DNA from: an uncultured Staphylococcaceae bacterium
GTDB taxonomy: Bacteria > Bacillota_I > Bacilli_A > RFN20 > CAG-826
Length of the DNA stretch: 64,000 nt
Direction: 5' to 3'
Assembly (NCBI GenBank): GCA_964606005.1
Contig: CAZSEU010000001.1
Span: 8,983-72,982 of the forward strand
Made by a program: the position numbers and the translations under genes. Under the pieces are notes generated by a model. That model saw only the letters and a list, made by a program, of their open reading frames with translations, was not told where the DNA came from and made no database searches. How positions within the stretch are numbered: the first letter of the stretch is position 1; each line of letters starts with the position of its first letter. Shown here one piece after another: positions 40,231 to 49,981 of this stretch.

Positions 40231-42012
40231 ATGGCATTTGAAGAAGGATTATATAACGACGTACTTAAGCGCTCGGACATCGTCAAGGTGGTGTCTGCTT
40301 ATTTACCCGTGGTCAGAAAAGGTAAAGACTATTTGGCAAAATGTCCTTTCCACGACGATACTAACCCTTCTATGCACGTTTCTCCGCAGTTAAACATCTT
40401 TAAATGCTTCGTTTGTGGCACAAGTGGCAACTCAATTAGTTTCGTTAAGAAGTATGCCAAGCTATCTACCATTGAAGCGATGAGGAAAGTGGCTGAGATT
40501 TCTGATTTCCGTGATCCTCGTCTAGAAGGTATTACTGAAGTTAAAGTTGTGGACCCAAAACGTGTGCCACTAGTTAAGTGTTTGCACGATTTAACCGTTT
40601 ATTATCAATACGCTCTTAACTCTCCAGAAGGCAAAGAAGGGCAAGAGTATTTTACAAACCGCTATTTAGATGCTGGGTTAAGAAACAAATTCCGTTTAGG
40701 CTATGCCTACAAGGATGGCAAAGCAACCTGTGACTTCTTGTTAAGTAAAGGTCATTCGCTAAAGACAATTGAAGACGTCGGCATTGCTCTTGCGATTAAC
40801 AATGCTTATTATGACCGCAACCAAGGACGTGTCATCTTCCCTATCTTTGATAACGAAGGTGAAGTAGTTGGTTATTCCGCTAGACGTCTGGGCGATGGAC
40901 CTGAAGCCAAATATGTAAACTCACCAGATACTTATTTATTTCACAAATCAAACATTTTATATAACTACCACAACGCAAAAGAGAAAGCACATATCGCTGG
41001 TTACATATATGTACTCGAAGGTTTTATGGATGTCTTTGCTCTTTATCGCATTGGAATCGAAGCCGCAGTGGCTACGATGGGTACGACGTTAAGCGACGAA
41101 CATATTCGTTTACTTAGAGCGCTTAATGTTGAAGTAAGACTTTGTCTTGATGGTGATTTGCCTGGTCAAAAGGCTTCGATGGTTATGGCTGATTTATTAA
41201 TAAAAAACGGCATTAATGTCCGTATTGTTGATAATCAAAACAACCGTAGAGACCCAGATGAAATATTAAATGCCGAAGGTGATATCGCCTTAAACGCATA
41301 CTTGAATAAGTTGATTTCATATGTTGACTTTACACTTAACTACTATCTCAACACTAACCCGTTACAAACCACTGAACAAAAAACACAACTCATTCAAGAA
41401 TTCGTCCCAATTTTATTGGGCATCCGTTCACAGCTAGAACTCGATAGTTATATGGGTAAGTTATCAAAAATCACTGGTTATACTTCTGAAGCAATAAGAA
41501 ACATCTTAAAAACCGCGAGAATTAAACCAGAAATTAGAGATTATCGCTCGATGATTATCGATTATCATCCTGAAAGAAAAATCCTCCGTAGGCTCAATCT
41601 TGCCGAGCGCGAACTTTTATACCAGATGCTACAAAATAAGCAAGCAGTGGGCTTTTATGAGGGAAAGATTGATGGTTTTTATGATTCCACTTACCGGGTG
41701 ATTGCCAATTTCCTTATTGAGTATGCTCGAACACACGAAAACTTCGTACCTGTAGACATTATTTCTTCCTTAGAAAATAGCGATATTGATAACAAAGAAA
41801 CGATGATCAACCAAATCTCGGAGTTATATATGGAAAGAAACCATCCTTCGTGTGACGAAAAGTTGCTTGATAGTTTGCAACAAGTGATTAAAGAAGAAAA
41901 AGAACGCATTTTTGAAAACGATTTACTCGAACAATCTTTACAAAACAAGAGCCCGCTAGAACAAGCGCGTATTGTCGCGGATTATCATCGTCGTAAAATG
42001 CGAAACAAGTAA
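40231..42012 (+). CDS. dnaG: DNA primase
   Basis: Zinc ribbon 'CPFHDDTNPSM...CFVCG'; TOPRIM 'EGFMDV' and 'DGDLPG'. Confidence 0.92.
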   Translation: MAFEEGLYNDVLKRSDIVKVVSAYLPVVRKGKDYLAKCPFHDDTNPSMHVSPQLNIFKCFVCGTSGNSISFVKKYAKLSTIEAMRKVAEISDFRDPRLEGITEVKVVDPKRVPLVKCLHDLTVYYQYALNSPEGKEGQEYFTNRYLDAGLRNKFRLGYAYKDGKATCDFLLSKGHSLKTIEDVGIALAINNAYYDRNQGRVIFPIFDNEGEVVGYSARRLGDGPEAKYVNSPDTYLFHKSNILYNYHNAKEKAHIAGYIYVLEGFMDVFALYRIGIEAAVATMGTTLSDEHIRLLRALNVEVRLCLDGDLPGQKASMVMADLLIKNGINVRIVDNQNNRRDPDEILNAEGDIALNAYLNKLISYVDFTLNYYLNTNPLQTTEQKTQLIQEFVPILLGIRSQLELDSYMGKLSKITGYTSEAIRNILKTARIKPEIRDYRSMIIDYHPERKILRRLNLAERELLYQMLQNKQAVGFYEGKIDGFYDSTYRVIANFLIEYARTHENFVPVDIISSLENSDIDNKETMINQISELYMERNHPSCDEKLLDSLQQVIKEEKERIFENDLLEQSLQNKSPLEQARIVADYHRRKMRNK

Positions 42013-42045
42013 TATAAACCAAAGCAATGAAAGGGGCATTGATTT

Positions 42046-43362
42046 ATGGGAACAAAAAAAATTGAAGCAGTAGAAACTGAAAACAAACCAAAAAAACGAG
42101 GCAGACCAAAAGTGAGTGAAGGTGGAGTTAGTACTCCAAAACTTTCTTTAGAAAAAGAAAAGAAAAAACCACTAAAGGCAATTTATGATGAAGATGGTGA
42201 AATTCTATCTTTAGATGAGATTAAAGCCAATTTATTAAAAAAAGCTAAAGCTGCAGGCAGCATTGATCAAAGTGATATTTATGACACACTTTCTCCATTT
42301 GATGTCGACGATGAAACACTCGTTGATTTAATCAACTTCTTTAAAGAAAGCGGAATTGAAGTCGTGGTTGATACCGAAGAAGAGGAAGAATTTGAAGAAG
42401 ATTTCGATGAGAGCAAGTTATCACTTGATGTCGAAGATGATGCCGCTGACTTTTTCGAAGAAGATACTGTCCAAGAAGAAGAGGAAGAAGAAATTGATGT
42501 TGATTATCTTGGTAGCGAAGTCAAAGTTAACGACTCTGTCAAGATGTATTTAAAAGAAATCGGTAAGTATAGCTTATTAAAAGCTACCGACGAACCCATT
42601 CTCGCAAAGAAAATCTTAGAAGGCGATGAAGAAGCAAAAATGACTCTTATTAACGCTAACTTGCGTTTAGTCGTCAATATTGCCAAACACTATGTTGGTC
42701 GTGGTATGTTACTACTTGACTTAATTCAAGAAGGCAACCTCGGTTTAATGAAAGCGGTTGATAAATTTGATTATACTAAGGGATTTAAGTTCTCAACTTA
42801 CGCCACATGGTGGATTCGCCAAGCTATCACTAGAGCAATTGCCGATCAAGCTAGAACAATTCGTATTCCTGTCCATATGGTTGAAACCATCAACAAGATG
42901 ACGAGAATTCAAAGACAACTAATCCAAGAATTAGGCCGTGAACCAACCGCTGAAGAAATTAGCGATGTAATGAACGGTGAACTATCCGCCAAACGAATTC
43001 GTGAAATTCAAAGAATCGCCATGGAACCAGTTTCATTAGAAACGCCAATCGGTGAAGAAGATGATTCTCATTTAGGCGATTTTATCGAAGATAAAGAAAG
43101 TGAGTCTCCTGTCGACTTTACCACTAGACAACTCTTAAAAGAAGAGCTATATGCCGTTTTGAAAGATTTAAGTGACCGCGAAGAAAGAGTCATCAGACTT
43201 CGTTATGGTTTAGATGATAACCGCCCAAGAACTTTAGAAGAAGTGGGTCGTGAATTTGGTGTTACTCGCGAAAGAATTAGACAAATTGAAGCAAAAGCCA
43301 TTAAAAAGCTTAGACATCCAACTCGCTCAAAGAGACTCGGTGATTATAAGGAAAAACTATAA
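42046..43362 (+). CDS. sigA: RNA polymerase sigma factor SigA/RpoD
   Basis: Region 2.4 '[27 protein letters not shown]'; region 4 HTH '[23 protein letters not shown]'. Confidence 0.95.
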   Translation: MGTKKIEAVETENKPKKRGRPKVSEGGVSTPKLSLEKEKKKPLKAIYDEDGEILSLDEIKANLLKKAKAAGSIDQSDIYDTLSPFDVDDETLVDLINFFKESGIEVVVDTEEEEEFEEDFDESKLSLDVEDDAADFFEEDTVQEEEEEEIDVDYLGSEVKVNDSVKMYLKEIGKYSLLKATDEPILAKKILEGDEEAKMTLINANLRLVVNIAKHYVGRGMLLLDLIQEGNLGLMKAVDKFDYTKGFKFSTYATWWIRQAITRAIADQARTIRIPVHMVETINKMTRIQRQLIQELGREPTAEEISDVMNGELSAKRIREIQRIAMEPVSLETPIGEEDDSHLGDFIEDKESESPVDFTTRQLLKEELYAVLKDLSDREERVIRLRYGLDDNRPRTLEEVGREFGVTRERIRQIEAKAIKKLRHPTRSKRLGDYKEKL

Positions 43363-44024
43363 TGGTAAAATTATCCAAGCGTCTTAGGACCATTCATGAC
43401 TTAGTCCCTAAATGCGTTCCCGCGGACATTGGAAGTGATCACGGTAAACTGATGATTGCTTTAGTGGAAAGTGGCACGATTGAAAAAGGCTACGCCATTG
43501 AAAATAAAGAAGGTCCTTATGAAAGACTAAAAAACAATCTCATCCAAGCAGGAGTGATTGATACAATCGTTCCTTTGTTTAGTGATGGGCTTGAAGACTT
43601 ACCAGAAATTGTTAACACTTTGATTATCGCGGGAATGGGTGGCTTAAACATCATTACTATTTTAAAAAAGCATCCACGAAAACTATCGCGCATCCAAACG
43701 ATCATCATAGATGCCCATAGCTCTGTGCCAGAAGCAAGAAAAGAAATATGCCGCCTAGGCTTTACCATCGCTGATGAAAAAATCATCAAAGAAGGTAATG
43801 TTTTCTATGAGATAATTAAATTCATTCGTGGTGAATGTGCCTTTTTAAGCGATGAAGACATTGAATATGGACCAGTTCTAAGACAAGAAAAATGTGCCAT
43901 TTTTAAAGAAAAATATCAAAATCGAATTTCCGAGATTGAACAAATCATTTCTTCGGGTTCTATTCCTGAAGAGCGCCTCGATTTACTTTCTAAAGAGAAA
44001 TGCCGTTTAAAGAAAAACGTATGA
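43362..44024 (+). CDS. trmK: tRNA (adenine22-N1)-methyltransferase TrmK (YqfN-like)
   Basis: 'ADIGSDHG' SAM-binding N-terminus; conserved position directly after sigA. Confidence 0.8.
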   Translation: MVKLSKRLRTIHDLVPKCVPADIGSDHGKLMIALVESGTIEKGYAIENKEGPYERLKNNLIQAGVIDTIVPLFSDGLEDLPEIVNTLIIAGMGGLNIITILKKHPRKLSRIQTIIIDAHSSVPEARKEICRLGFTIADEKIIKEGNVFYEIIKFIRGECAFLSDEDIEYGPVLRQEKCAIFKEKYQNRISEIEQIISSGSIPEERLDLLSKEKCRLKKNV

Positions 44025-44788
44025 AAACCAAGCACTTGCTCATAAAACTAGCGAAAAGATTTCCTAAACGTTACGCTACTATCTATAAAGATAGAGTTGG
44101 CTTAATGGTGGGAAAACTTCCTGAAGAAGTACATAAAGTACTCTTGTGTCTAGATTTTGATTGGCAAGTGTTATCTTTGCTTAACAATGAGTGTCCAGAT
44201 ATAATAATCACTCATCACCCATTCATTTTCGGTCCTAAAAGCAAAGTATTTAAGGCCGACCTTTCTAAAGAAGCATTATATAAAGAAGCAGCAGCCTTGG
44301 GTTTAGTTATCTATAGCTTTCACACAAACTTTGATGCTGGTAGAGGCGGAATGAATGATGCATTGGCCGAAGCCTTATCTCTAGATAATATCTACGTACC
44401 AGAAGGTGATATGGTCATGCGTATTGGTGAACTTAAGGCAAAGATGCCAATCAAACAGTTTGCTGATTACGCAAAAGATAAACTTAAAGCTGATTATGGA
44501 CTTTTGTTACCATATGGTAATGGAGTTATTAAGAAAGTTGGTATCATCGCTGGAGGCGGTTCTCGCTATTGGCCAATCGCCAAAGCGGAAGGATGCGACA
44601 TTTATATTTCTGGTGATGCACCGCACCACGTAAGAAGAGATATTGTAAATGCTAAGTTCAATTATTTGGATTTACCACATGAAATTGAAAACATTTTCTT
44701 AACGCAAATGCGTAAAATCCTATTGGAAATTGACGATAAATTAGAAATTACAATTATCGATCACGAAAAAATGCCAGAAATTGTATAA
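44021..44788 (+). CDS. Nif3-family metal-binding protein (YqfO-like)
   Basis: 'TIYKDRVGL' N-terminus; 'ITHHP' and 'YSFHTNFDAG' Nif3 motifs. Start at ATG 44021 overlaps the trmK stop (ATGA); the ORF track begins at 44000. Confidence 0.85.
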   Translation: MKTKHLLIKLAKRFPKRYATIYKDRVGLMVGKLPEEVHKVLLCLDFDWQVLSLLNNECPDIIITHHPFIFGPKSKVFKADLSKEALYKEAAALGLVIYSFHTNFDAGRGGMNDALAEALSLDNIYVPEGDMVMRIGELKAKMPIKQFADYAKDKLKADYGLLLPYGNGVIKKVGIIAGGGSRYWPIAKAEGCDIYISGDAPHHVRRDIVNAKFNYLDLPHEIENIFLTQMRKILLEIDDKLEITIIDHEKMPEIV

Positions 44789-44846
44789 GTAAAATATTAG
44801 TATAAAAATAGTAGTTATATACATTAATGTATAAGGAGAATACATC

Positions 44847-45320
44847 ATGAAAGCAATTATCGAAATAGAAAAATTTGGAACTATCGAAGTGGCCCTAGAC
44901 AAAGGCAATGCCCCCATCACAGTTGATAATTTTGTAGCTTTGGTTAATAAAGGTTTTTATAACGGCTTAACATTCCATCGCATTATAAAAGGATTCATGA
45001 TTCAAGGTGGCTGTCCTAAAGGCAACGGCACGGGCGGACCAGGCTACACCATAAAAGGTGAATTCAAAGCAAATGGGGTCAATAATCCGATTAAACATAC
45101 TAAGGGCACAATCTCTATGGCCCGTTCAAATGATTATAACTCCGCCGGCAGTCAATTTTTCATCATGCATAACGATGCTAATTATTTAGATGGTCAATAC
45201 GCTGCCTTTGGAAAAGTAATTGAAGGTATAGAGGTTGTCGACGCAATTGCTAATGTAAAAACAGGTTTTGGCGATAAGCCAACCGACACTGTAACGATTA
45301 AATCAATTAAGGTCGAATAA
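44847..45320 (+). CDS. ppiB: Peptidyl-prolyl cis-trans isomerase, cyclophilin type
   Basis: '[13 protein letters not shown]' and 'SMARS...GSQFFI' cyclophilin signatures. Confidence 0.9.
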   Translation: MKAIIEIEKFGTIEVALDKGNAPITVDNFVALVNKGFYNGLTFHRIIKGFMIQGGCPKGNGTGGPGYTIKGEFKANGVNNPIKHTKGTISMARSNDYNSAGSQFFIMHNDANYLDGQYAAFGKVIEGIEVVDAIANVKTGFGDKPTDTVTIKSIKVE

Positions 45321-45321
45321 T

Positions 45322-46206
45322 ATGGGGAAGGATTTATTAATTGGCTCTCATGTAGCCATGAATGGCCCTGAATATTATTTGGGTAGCGTTAAAGAAGCAA
45401 TTTCTTATAAAGCTAATGCTTTAATGTTTTATACTGGCGCCCCACAAAACTCTTTCCGTAAACCTCTAGCGGAATTGCGCATTCCCGAAGGAAGAGCTTT
45501 GTTAAAGGAAAGCGGCTTCGATGAAAACAATATATTCGTCCATGCTCCTTATATCATTAATGCTGCTAATGCTGGTAAACCAGAATTATTGAAACTATCG
45601 ATCAACACGATTGTCGGAGAACTACAAAGAACAGCTGGATTTGGCGTAAAGACGCTAATTTTACATCCAGGTAACCATTTAGATGCCGAAGAAGATTTCG
45701 CTCTCCAGACGCTGGCTAAATCACTAGATACTATTTTCGAAACTGATGGTACTGATGTAAAAATCGCTTTAGAAACAATGGCGGGCAAAGGAAGTGAAAT
45801 TGGTAAGACTTTCGAAAGTATTCGCCGGATTATCGATTATTGCAAATATCCAGAACGTTTAGGTGTTTGTTTAGACACTTGCCATTTGCATGATGGCGGC
45901 TATGATGTCGATGATATCGACACACTCTTAATAGATTTTGACCGTATTATTGGTTTAAATCGTTTATTAGTCATTCACCTTAACGATTCTAAAAATCCAC
46001 GTGGAGCGCATAAAGACCGCCATGACAACCTCGGTTATGGTTATATAGGTTTTGATACTTTATGCAAAATTGCCAATCATCCATTGTTAAACAAGGTTCC
46101 TAAAATTTTGGAAACTCCTTACTTTAATGAAAAAGCCCCTTATGCAATTGAAATTCAAATGCTCAGGGACGAGAAATTCGTTGATGGCTGGAGAGATAAG
46201 CTCTAA
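45322..46206 (+). CDS. nfo: Endonuclease IV
   Basis: TIM-barrel AP endonuclease motifs 'VHAPY', 'LHPG', 'LETMAGKG' and 'CLDTCH'. Confidence 0.9.
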   Translation: MGKDLLIGSHVAMNGPEYYLGSVKEAISYKANALMFYTGAPQNSFRKPLAELRIPEGRALLKESGFDENNIFVHAPYIINAANAGKPELLKLSINTIVGELQRTAGFGVKTLILHPGNHLDAEEDFALQTLAKSLDTIFETDGTDVKIALETMAGKGSEIGKTFESIRRIIDYCKYPERLGVCLDTCHLHDGGYDVDDIDTLLIDFDRIIGLNRLLVIHLNDSKNPRGAHKDRHDNLGYGYIGFDTLCKIANHPLLNKVPKILETPYFNEKAPYAIEIQMLRDEKFVDGWRDKL

Positions 46207-47300
46207 AGCATACTCTTAATTTCATTAATCATCGTGTCATAAGCTTCCACTTCTGACACTTTTTTTATTAATTTTCCTTTTTTGAAAATGATGTATTGAC
46301 CTTTGCCACCAGCAATACCTATGTCCGCGCCCTTAGCTTCGCCTGGACCATTAACAACACAACCCATCACTGCAACCGATAAAGGAATGCTGTTTTTTTC
46401 TAAATAAGCGAAAATTTTTTCGCCTAATGGACGGACGTCGACTTGGGTTCTGCCGCATGTTGGACAAGAGATTAATGTAGGATAATTTGCATATAGGTCG
46501 CAGTCATGCAATAAACGCTTTGCTGCTAGTACTTCATCGCGCGAATCACCAGTAATAGAGATGCGAATCGTGTCGCCAATACCTTCAAGCAACAAAGGAG
46601 AAAGTCCGGCTACACTTCTTACTAAAGAAATATCCTTCGGACCAGCTTCGGTAATACCAATATGCAATGGATAAGGGAAAATTTCGCTTGCAAGACGATA
46701 AGCGGCAATTGTTTCTTTGATATTGCTTGCCTTGATAGAGACAACAATTTCGCGAAACTCATATCTTTCTAATATATCGATTTGTTTTTTAGCTGATAAG
46801 ACGAGTTTTTCGGCTAAAGAAATTGGTAAAGCGTCAACTTCATCATTAAGGGAACCCGAATTAGCACCAACACGGATAACAACATCGTGTTTTTTCGCTG
46901 CTAAAACAACCTCCTTAATCATGTCTTCATCTTTGATATTACCAGGATTTAATCTAATTTTTTGCACGCCATTTTCAATAGCAAGTAGAGCTAAACGCGC
47001 GTCAAAATGGATATCAGCAACTAAAGGAATATTTATCTTATTAACAATAGTTTTAATTGCTGAAGCGTCTTCTACGTCTAGTATGGCCACACGCATTAAG
47101 TCCGCCCCCAATTTAGCGCATTCGTTAATTTCGTTAACAACTAGGTCGATTTTTGAAGTTTTATGTTTGCACATCGATTGGATTAACACTTTATTTTGTC
47201 CACCGATGAGAATATTACCAATTTTGGTTTGTCTAGTTTTTTCGCGTTTCATAGCATTAGTATAAACCATCATCATGCGATTTAAAAAATATATTTGCAT
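46203..47300 (-). CDS. ispG: 4-hydroxy-3-methylbut-2-enyl diphosphate synthase (MEP pathway)
   Basis: 'IRISITGD' and 'CPTCGRT...CVVNGPGE' 4Fe-4S cluster motifs. The true start may be the internal ATG at 47252 (MKREKTRQ...). Confidence 0.9.
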   Translation of the reverse strand: MQIYFLNRMMMVYTNAMKREKTRQTKIGNILIGGQNKVLIQSMCKHKTSKIDLVVNEINECAKLGADLMRVAILDVEDASAIKTIVNKINIPLVADIHFDARLALLAIENGVQKIRLNPGNIKDEDMIKEVVLAAKKHDVVIRVGANSGSLNDEVDALPISLAEKLVLSAKKQIDILERYEFREIVVSIKASNIKETIAAYRLASEIFPYPLHIGITEAGPKDISLVRSVAGLSPLLLEGIGDTIRISITGDSRDEVLAAKRLLHDCDLYANYPTLISCPTCGRTQVDVRPLGEKIFAYLEKNSIPLSVAVMGCVVNGPGEAKGADIGIAGGKGQYIIFKKGKLIKKVSEVEAYDTMINEIKSML

Positions 47301-47353
47301 TAAATTTTACCTGTGGTAAGATATGAAAGCGACTTCGAAGGGAGAAAATCAAA

Positions 47354-47521
47354 ATGGCAAGCAAAGATGATAGAATCTCAATAACACTTAAATGCACTGT
47401 ATGCGGCGAAGAAAACTATCTAACTGAAAAAAATAAAAAGAAAAAACCAGATCGTTTAGAGCTTAATAAATATTGTAACGTCTGTAAAAAAGTCACTCCG
47501 CATCGTGAGAAAAAGAAATAA
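47354..47521 (+). CDS. rpmG: 50S ribosomal protein L33 (zinc-ribbon type); absent from the ORF track because it is under 60 aa
   Basis: 55-aa ORF '[22 protein letters not shown]...[15 protein letters not shown]' with a C4 zinc ribbon; RBS 'GGAGAAAA'. Confidence 0.85.
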   Translation: MASKDDRISITLKCTVCGEENYLTEKNKKKKPDRLELNKYCNVCKKVTPHREKKK

Positions 47522-47527
47522 TAGGCT

Positions 47528-48181
47528 TTGCCTATTTTTTTTCGTGAAATGATTAAAGTAGTACCTTTTATTTACGAAGACCTAGACGATTTGTATGCGA
47601 ATACATACGTGTTAATCGACAACCAAAACAATTGTGTGGTTGTTGATCCAGCAAAAGAAAATCTCGGTTTAGTTACCTACATTGAAAAACAACAATTAAG
47701 CTTGAAGGCTATTCTTCTTACTCATGGGCATGTTGATCATATCCGCGGGGCAGATGTTTTAGTCGAACATTTCTCCGTCCCAGTTTATATCGGATTTTTC
47801 GAAGTTGATAAATTAAGCGATCCTTACTTAAATTGTTCGGCGTTACTCGCTAAACCATTTAAGTCAAATGTTAAACCAATCACCATCGCGGAAAATGATG
47901 TCATTTCTTTGTTAAATGAACCAATCACCGTTATTGATACGCCATATCATACATCTGGTTCGGTGTGCTTTTATTTAAATGAAAGCCAAATACTATTAAC
48001 TGGAGATTTTATCTTGGAACATACAGTTGGGAGAGCAGATCTACCAAGTGCCCAACCAAAAAAACTAAAGTCTTCGATGGCTAAAATCATGTCCTTACCA
48101 CCAAGCACAAGAGTTTATCCAGGTCATGGAAAGAGCTCGACGCTCTTAGAAGAGCAAAAACTAAATCCGTTTGTTAAATAA
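47528..48181 (+). CDS. Metallo-beta-lactamase-fold hydrolase (glyoxalase II / YqgX-like)
   Basis: 'LTHGHVDH' zinc motif; 'TPYHTSGS...TGD...PGHG'. Confidence 0.75.
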   Translation: MPIFFREMIKVVPFIYEDLDDLYANTYVLIDNQNNCVVVDPAKENLGLVTYIEKQQLSLKAILLTHGHVDHIRGADVLVEHFSVPVYIGFFEVDKLSDPYLNCSALLAKPFKSNVKPITIAENDVISLLNEPITVIDTPYHTSGSVCFYLNESQILLTGDFILEHTVGRADLPSAQPKKLKSSMAKIMSLPPSTRVYPGHGKSSTLLEEQKLNPFVK

Positions 48182-48232
48182 TGAATATTTGATATAATAT
48201 TCACTGGTATTATTGAAAGGAAAATTAAATTT

Positions 48233-48790
48233 ATGGTCAATGTTACAGAATTAAGACCAGGAAACTATTTTGTTGATGAAGGCAACTTATTTCAAGTTTT
48301 AGATATTTTGCTTAACAAAACTGCAATGAGAAAAATGGTTGCCAAGGTCAAGGTCAAAAACGTGCGTACCGGCACAATTATGGAAGTATCCCGCAACTCT
48401 GGTTATATGGTGGACACCATTCGTCTTGATAAAAGACAAATGCAGTATCTTTATGATAGTGGTGATTTCTTGGTTTTCATGGATCAAGACTCATACGAAC
48501 AAATCGAAGTCTCCGTTTCCCGTTTGGAATGGGAAAAACAATTTCTCAAAGGTAATGAGATTGTGGAAATCACATCTTTTGATGGTGAAATCCTCGGTGT
48601 TAACTTACCTGCAAAAGTCGCTTTAAAAATCATCCAATGCGATCCAGGCGTTAGAGGTGATACAGTTAATAAGCCAACCAAACCAGCGACTTTAGAAACT
48701 GGCATAGTAGTCAAAGTTCCACTCTTTATTGAAGAAGGCGAAGAAGTCATCGTTCGCACTGACACAGGCGAATATGATGGTAGAGCTTAA
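48233..48790 (+). CDS. efp: Elongation factor P
   Basis: 185 aa; 'VDEGNLFQVL' N-terminus; 'KPAT(L)ETG' KOW/OB domains. Confidence 0.95.
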   Translation: MVNVTELRPGNYFVDEGNLFQVLDILLNKTAMRKMVAKVKVKNVRTGTIMEVSRNSGYMVDTIRLDKRQMQYLYDSGDFLVFMDQDSYEQIEVSVSRLEWEKQFLKGNEIVEITSFDGEILGVNLPAKVALKIIQCDPGVRGDTVNKPTKPATLETGIVVKVPLFIEEGEEVIVRTDTGEYDGRA

Positions 48791-48803
48791 GAGGTAGATA
48801 ATT

Positions 48804-49025
48804 ATGCAAATTGAAATTTGGCAATTAGTTCTCTATATCGTTCTCGCCCTTATCGCTGGTGGTGCTGCAGGCTTCTTTATCACCAGATACTTATTCCAAA
48901 AACAAATTAGAGAAAACCCACCAATCAATGAAAAAATGATTCGTGCAATGTTTAAAAGCATGGGTCGTACCGCTAGTGAAAAACAAATTCGCGAAGTGAT
49001 GCGCAGCATGAAAGAAAGCCGTTAA
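48804..49025 (+). CDS. yneF: UPF0154 / YneF-family small membrane protein
   Basis: N-terminal TM helix plus 'NPPINEKMIRAMFKSMGRTASEKQIREVM'. Confidence 0.8.
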   Translation: MQIEIWQLVLYIVLALIAGGAAGFFITRYLFQKQIRENPPINEKMIRAMFKSMGRTASEKQIREVMRSMKESR

Positions 49026-49043
49026 TAAACGACAATAAATTAA

Positions 49044-49068
49044 AGCGCTCGTGATTGAGCGCTTTTTA
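49044..49068. terminator. Bidirectional rho-independent terminator between yneF (+) and plsY (-)
   Basis: 'agcgctc-gtgatt-gagcgct' followed by 'ttttt', with an A-run on the other side. Confidence 0.7.
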
Positions 49069-49114
49069 TTTTGCGTATTACTAATACAAAGTATTACTTC
49101 TACTTATTTTCTAC

Positions 49115-49885
49115 TTATTCTTTACTCTTAATCCATTTAACTTTCTTTTCGTTCCCTGCTTTCAAACGACCGATATTTTCATGGTGTCTAATTATCATGA
49201 CCGAAGTTTGAATGGAAATTAAAATGGCAAAAACATAGTTGAAATAAAACAGTGGACCATATTGGAAAATAACCATTAGTTCTGAAGTAATGATATGGAA
49301 AGTAATAAGTAACGAATATACCCAAGCGCAAATAGTCAATACCATTCCAGTGATGATAGAAGAAAGTGAAACAAACTTGGATTTAAAGAGTGTGCCGAAA
49401 AATGCGATCAACCCAAAAATGGTAATAAACCAAGTAGTGGTGAGAACCAAACCTGCTAAATTTGAGACAGCTTTTCCTCCTCTAAATCCAGTAAATAATG
49501 GAAAAATTCCACCGAGCAAAGAACCAATTGGAGCTAACCAATAGATTGGCCACTTAATCATATAATTGGCGACCTCGCCACTATACATTTGTAGCGCATT
49601 TGGAAGTAATGGTGCGCCATTGTTTAAAGGCATAAAAGTGAGAATAGCCCAACAAATATATAGCGGAGAAACGGTCTTAAACACATCAAAGAAAAATACG
49701 ATAAAGAAGTACTTTTTGCCCCAGATACGACCGCAATTTGTAGCCCCGCAATTGTGTGAACCATAGTCACGTGGGTCTTGTTTAAAGACAAGCTTCCCTA
49801 ATGGAATAGATAGGTTGGCGCTGCCAATTAGATAACCTAAGATTAGTGATAGTGCTGCGACTAATATATTAATTAATATATTCAT
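49115..49885 (-). CDS. plsY: Glycerol-3-phosphate acyltransferase PlsY (acyl-phosphate dependent), somewhat extended
   Basis: 'YLIGSANLSIPLGK...DPRDYGSHNCGATN', matching the PlsY 'GSGNxGATN' signature; polytopic membrane protein. Confidence 0.85.
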   Translation of the reverse strand: MNILINILVAALSLILGYLIGSANLSIPLGKLVFKQDPRDYGSHNCGATNCGRIWGKKYFFIVFFFDVFKTVSPLYICWAILTFMPLNNGAPLLPNALQMYSGEVANYMIKWPIYWLAPIGSLLGGIFPLFTGFRGGKAVSNLAGLVLTTTWFITIFGLIAFFGTLFKSKFVSLSSIITGMVLTICAWVYSLLITFHIITSELMVIFQYGPLFYFNYVFAILISIQTSVMIIRHHENIGRLKAGNEKKVKWIKSKE

Positions 49886-49981
49886 TATTTCTTCCTCAAT
49901 TCGCTGTTTTTATTTTACTTAAATGCTTTTTATTTGCAACTTAATTTGTATATAATTAAGTCTTGCAAAGGGAGGTATGCC

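Noticed and set aside
46717-47265. 182-aa plus-strand ORF opposite ispG
   Set aside because: It is antisense to a well-supported conserved gene and has a low-complexity hydrophobic sequence, so it is spurious.
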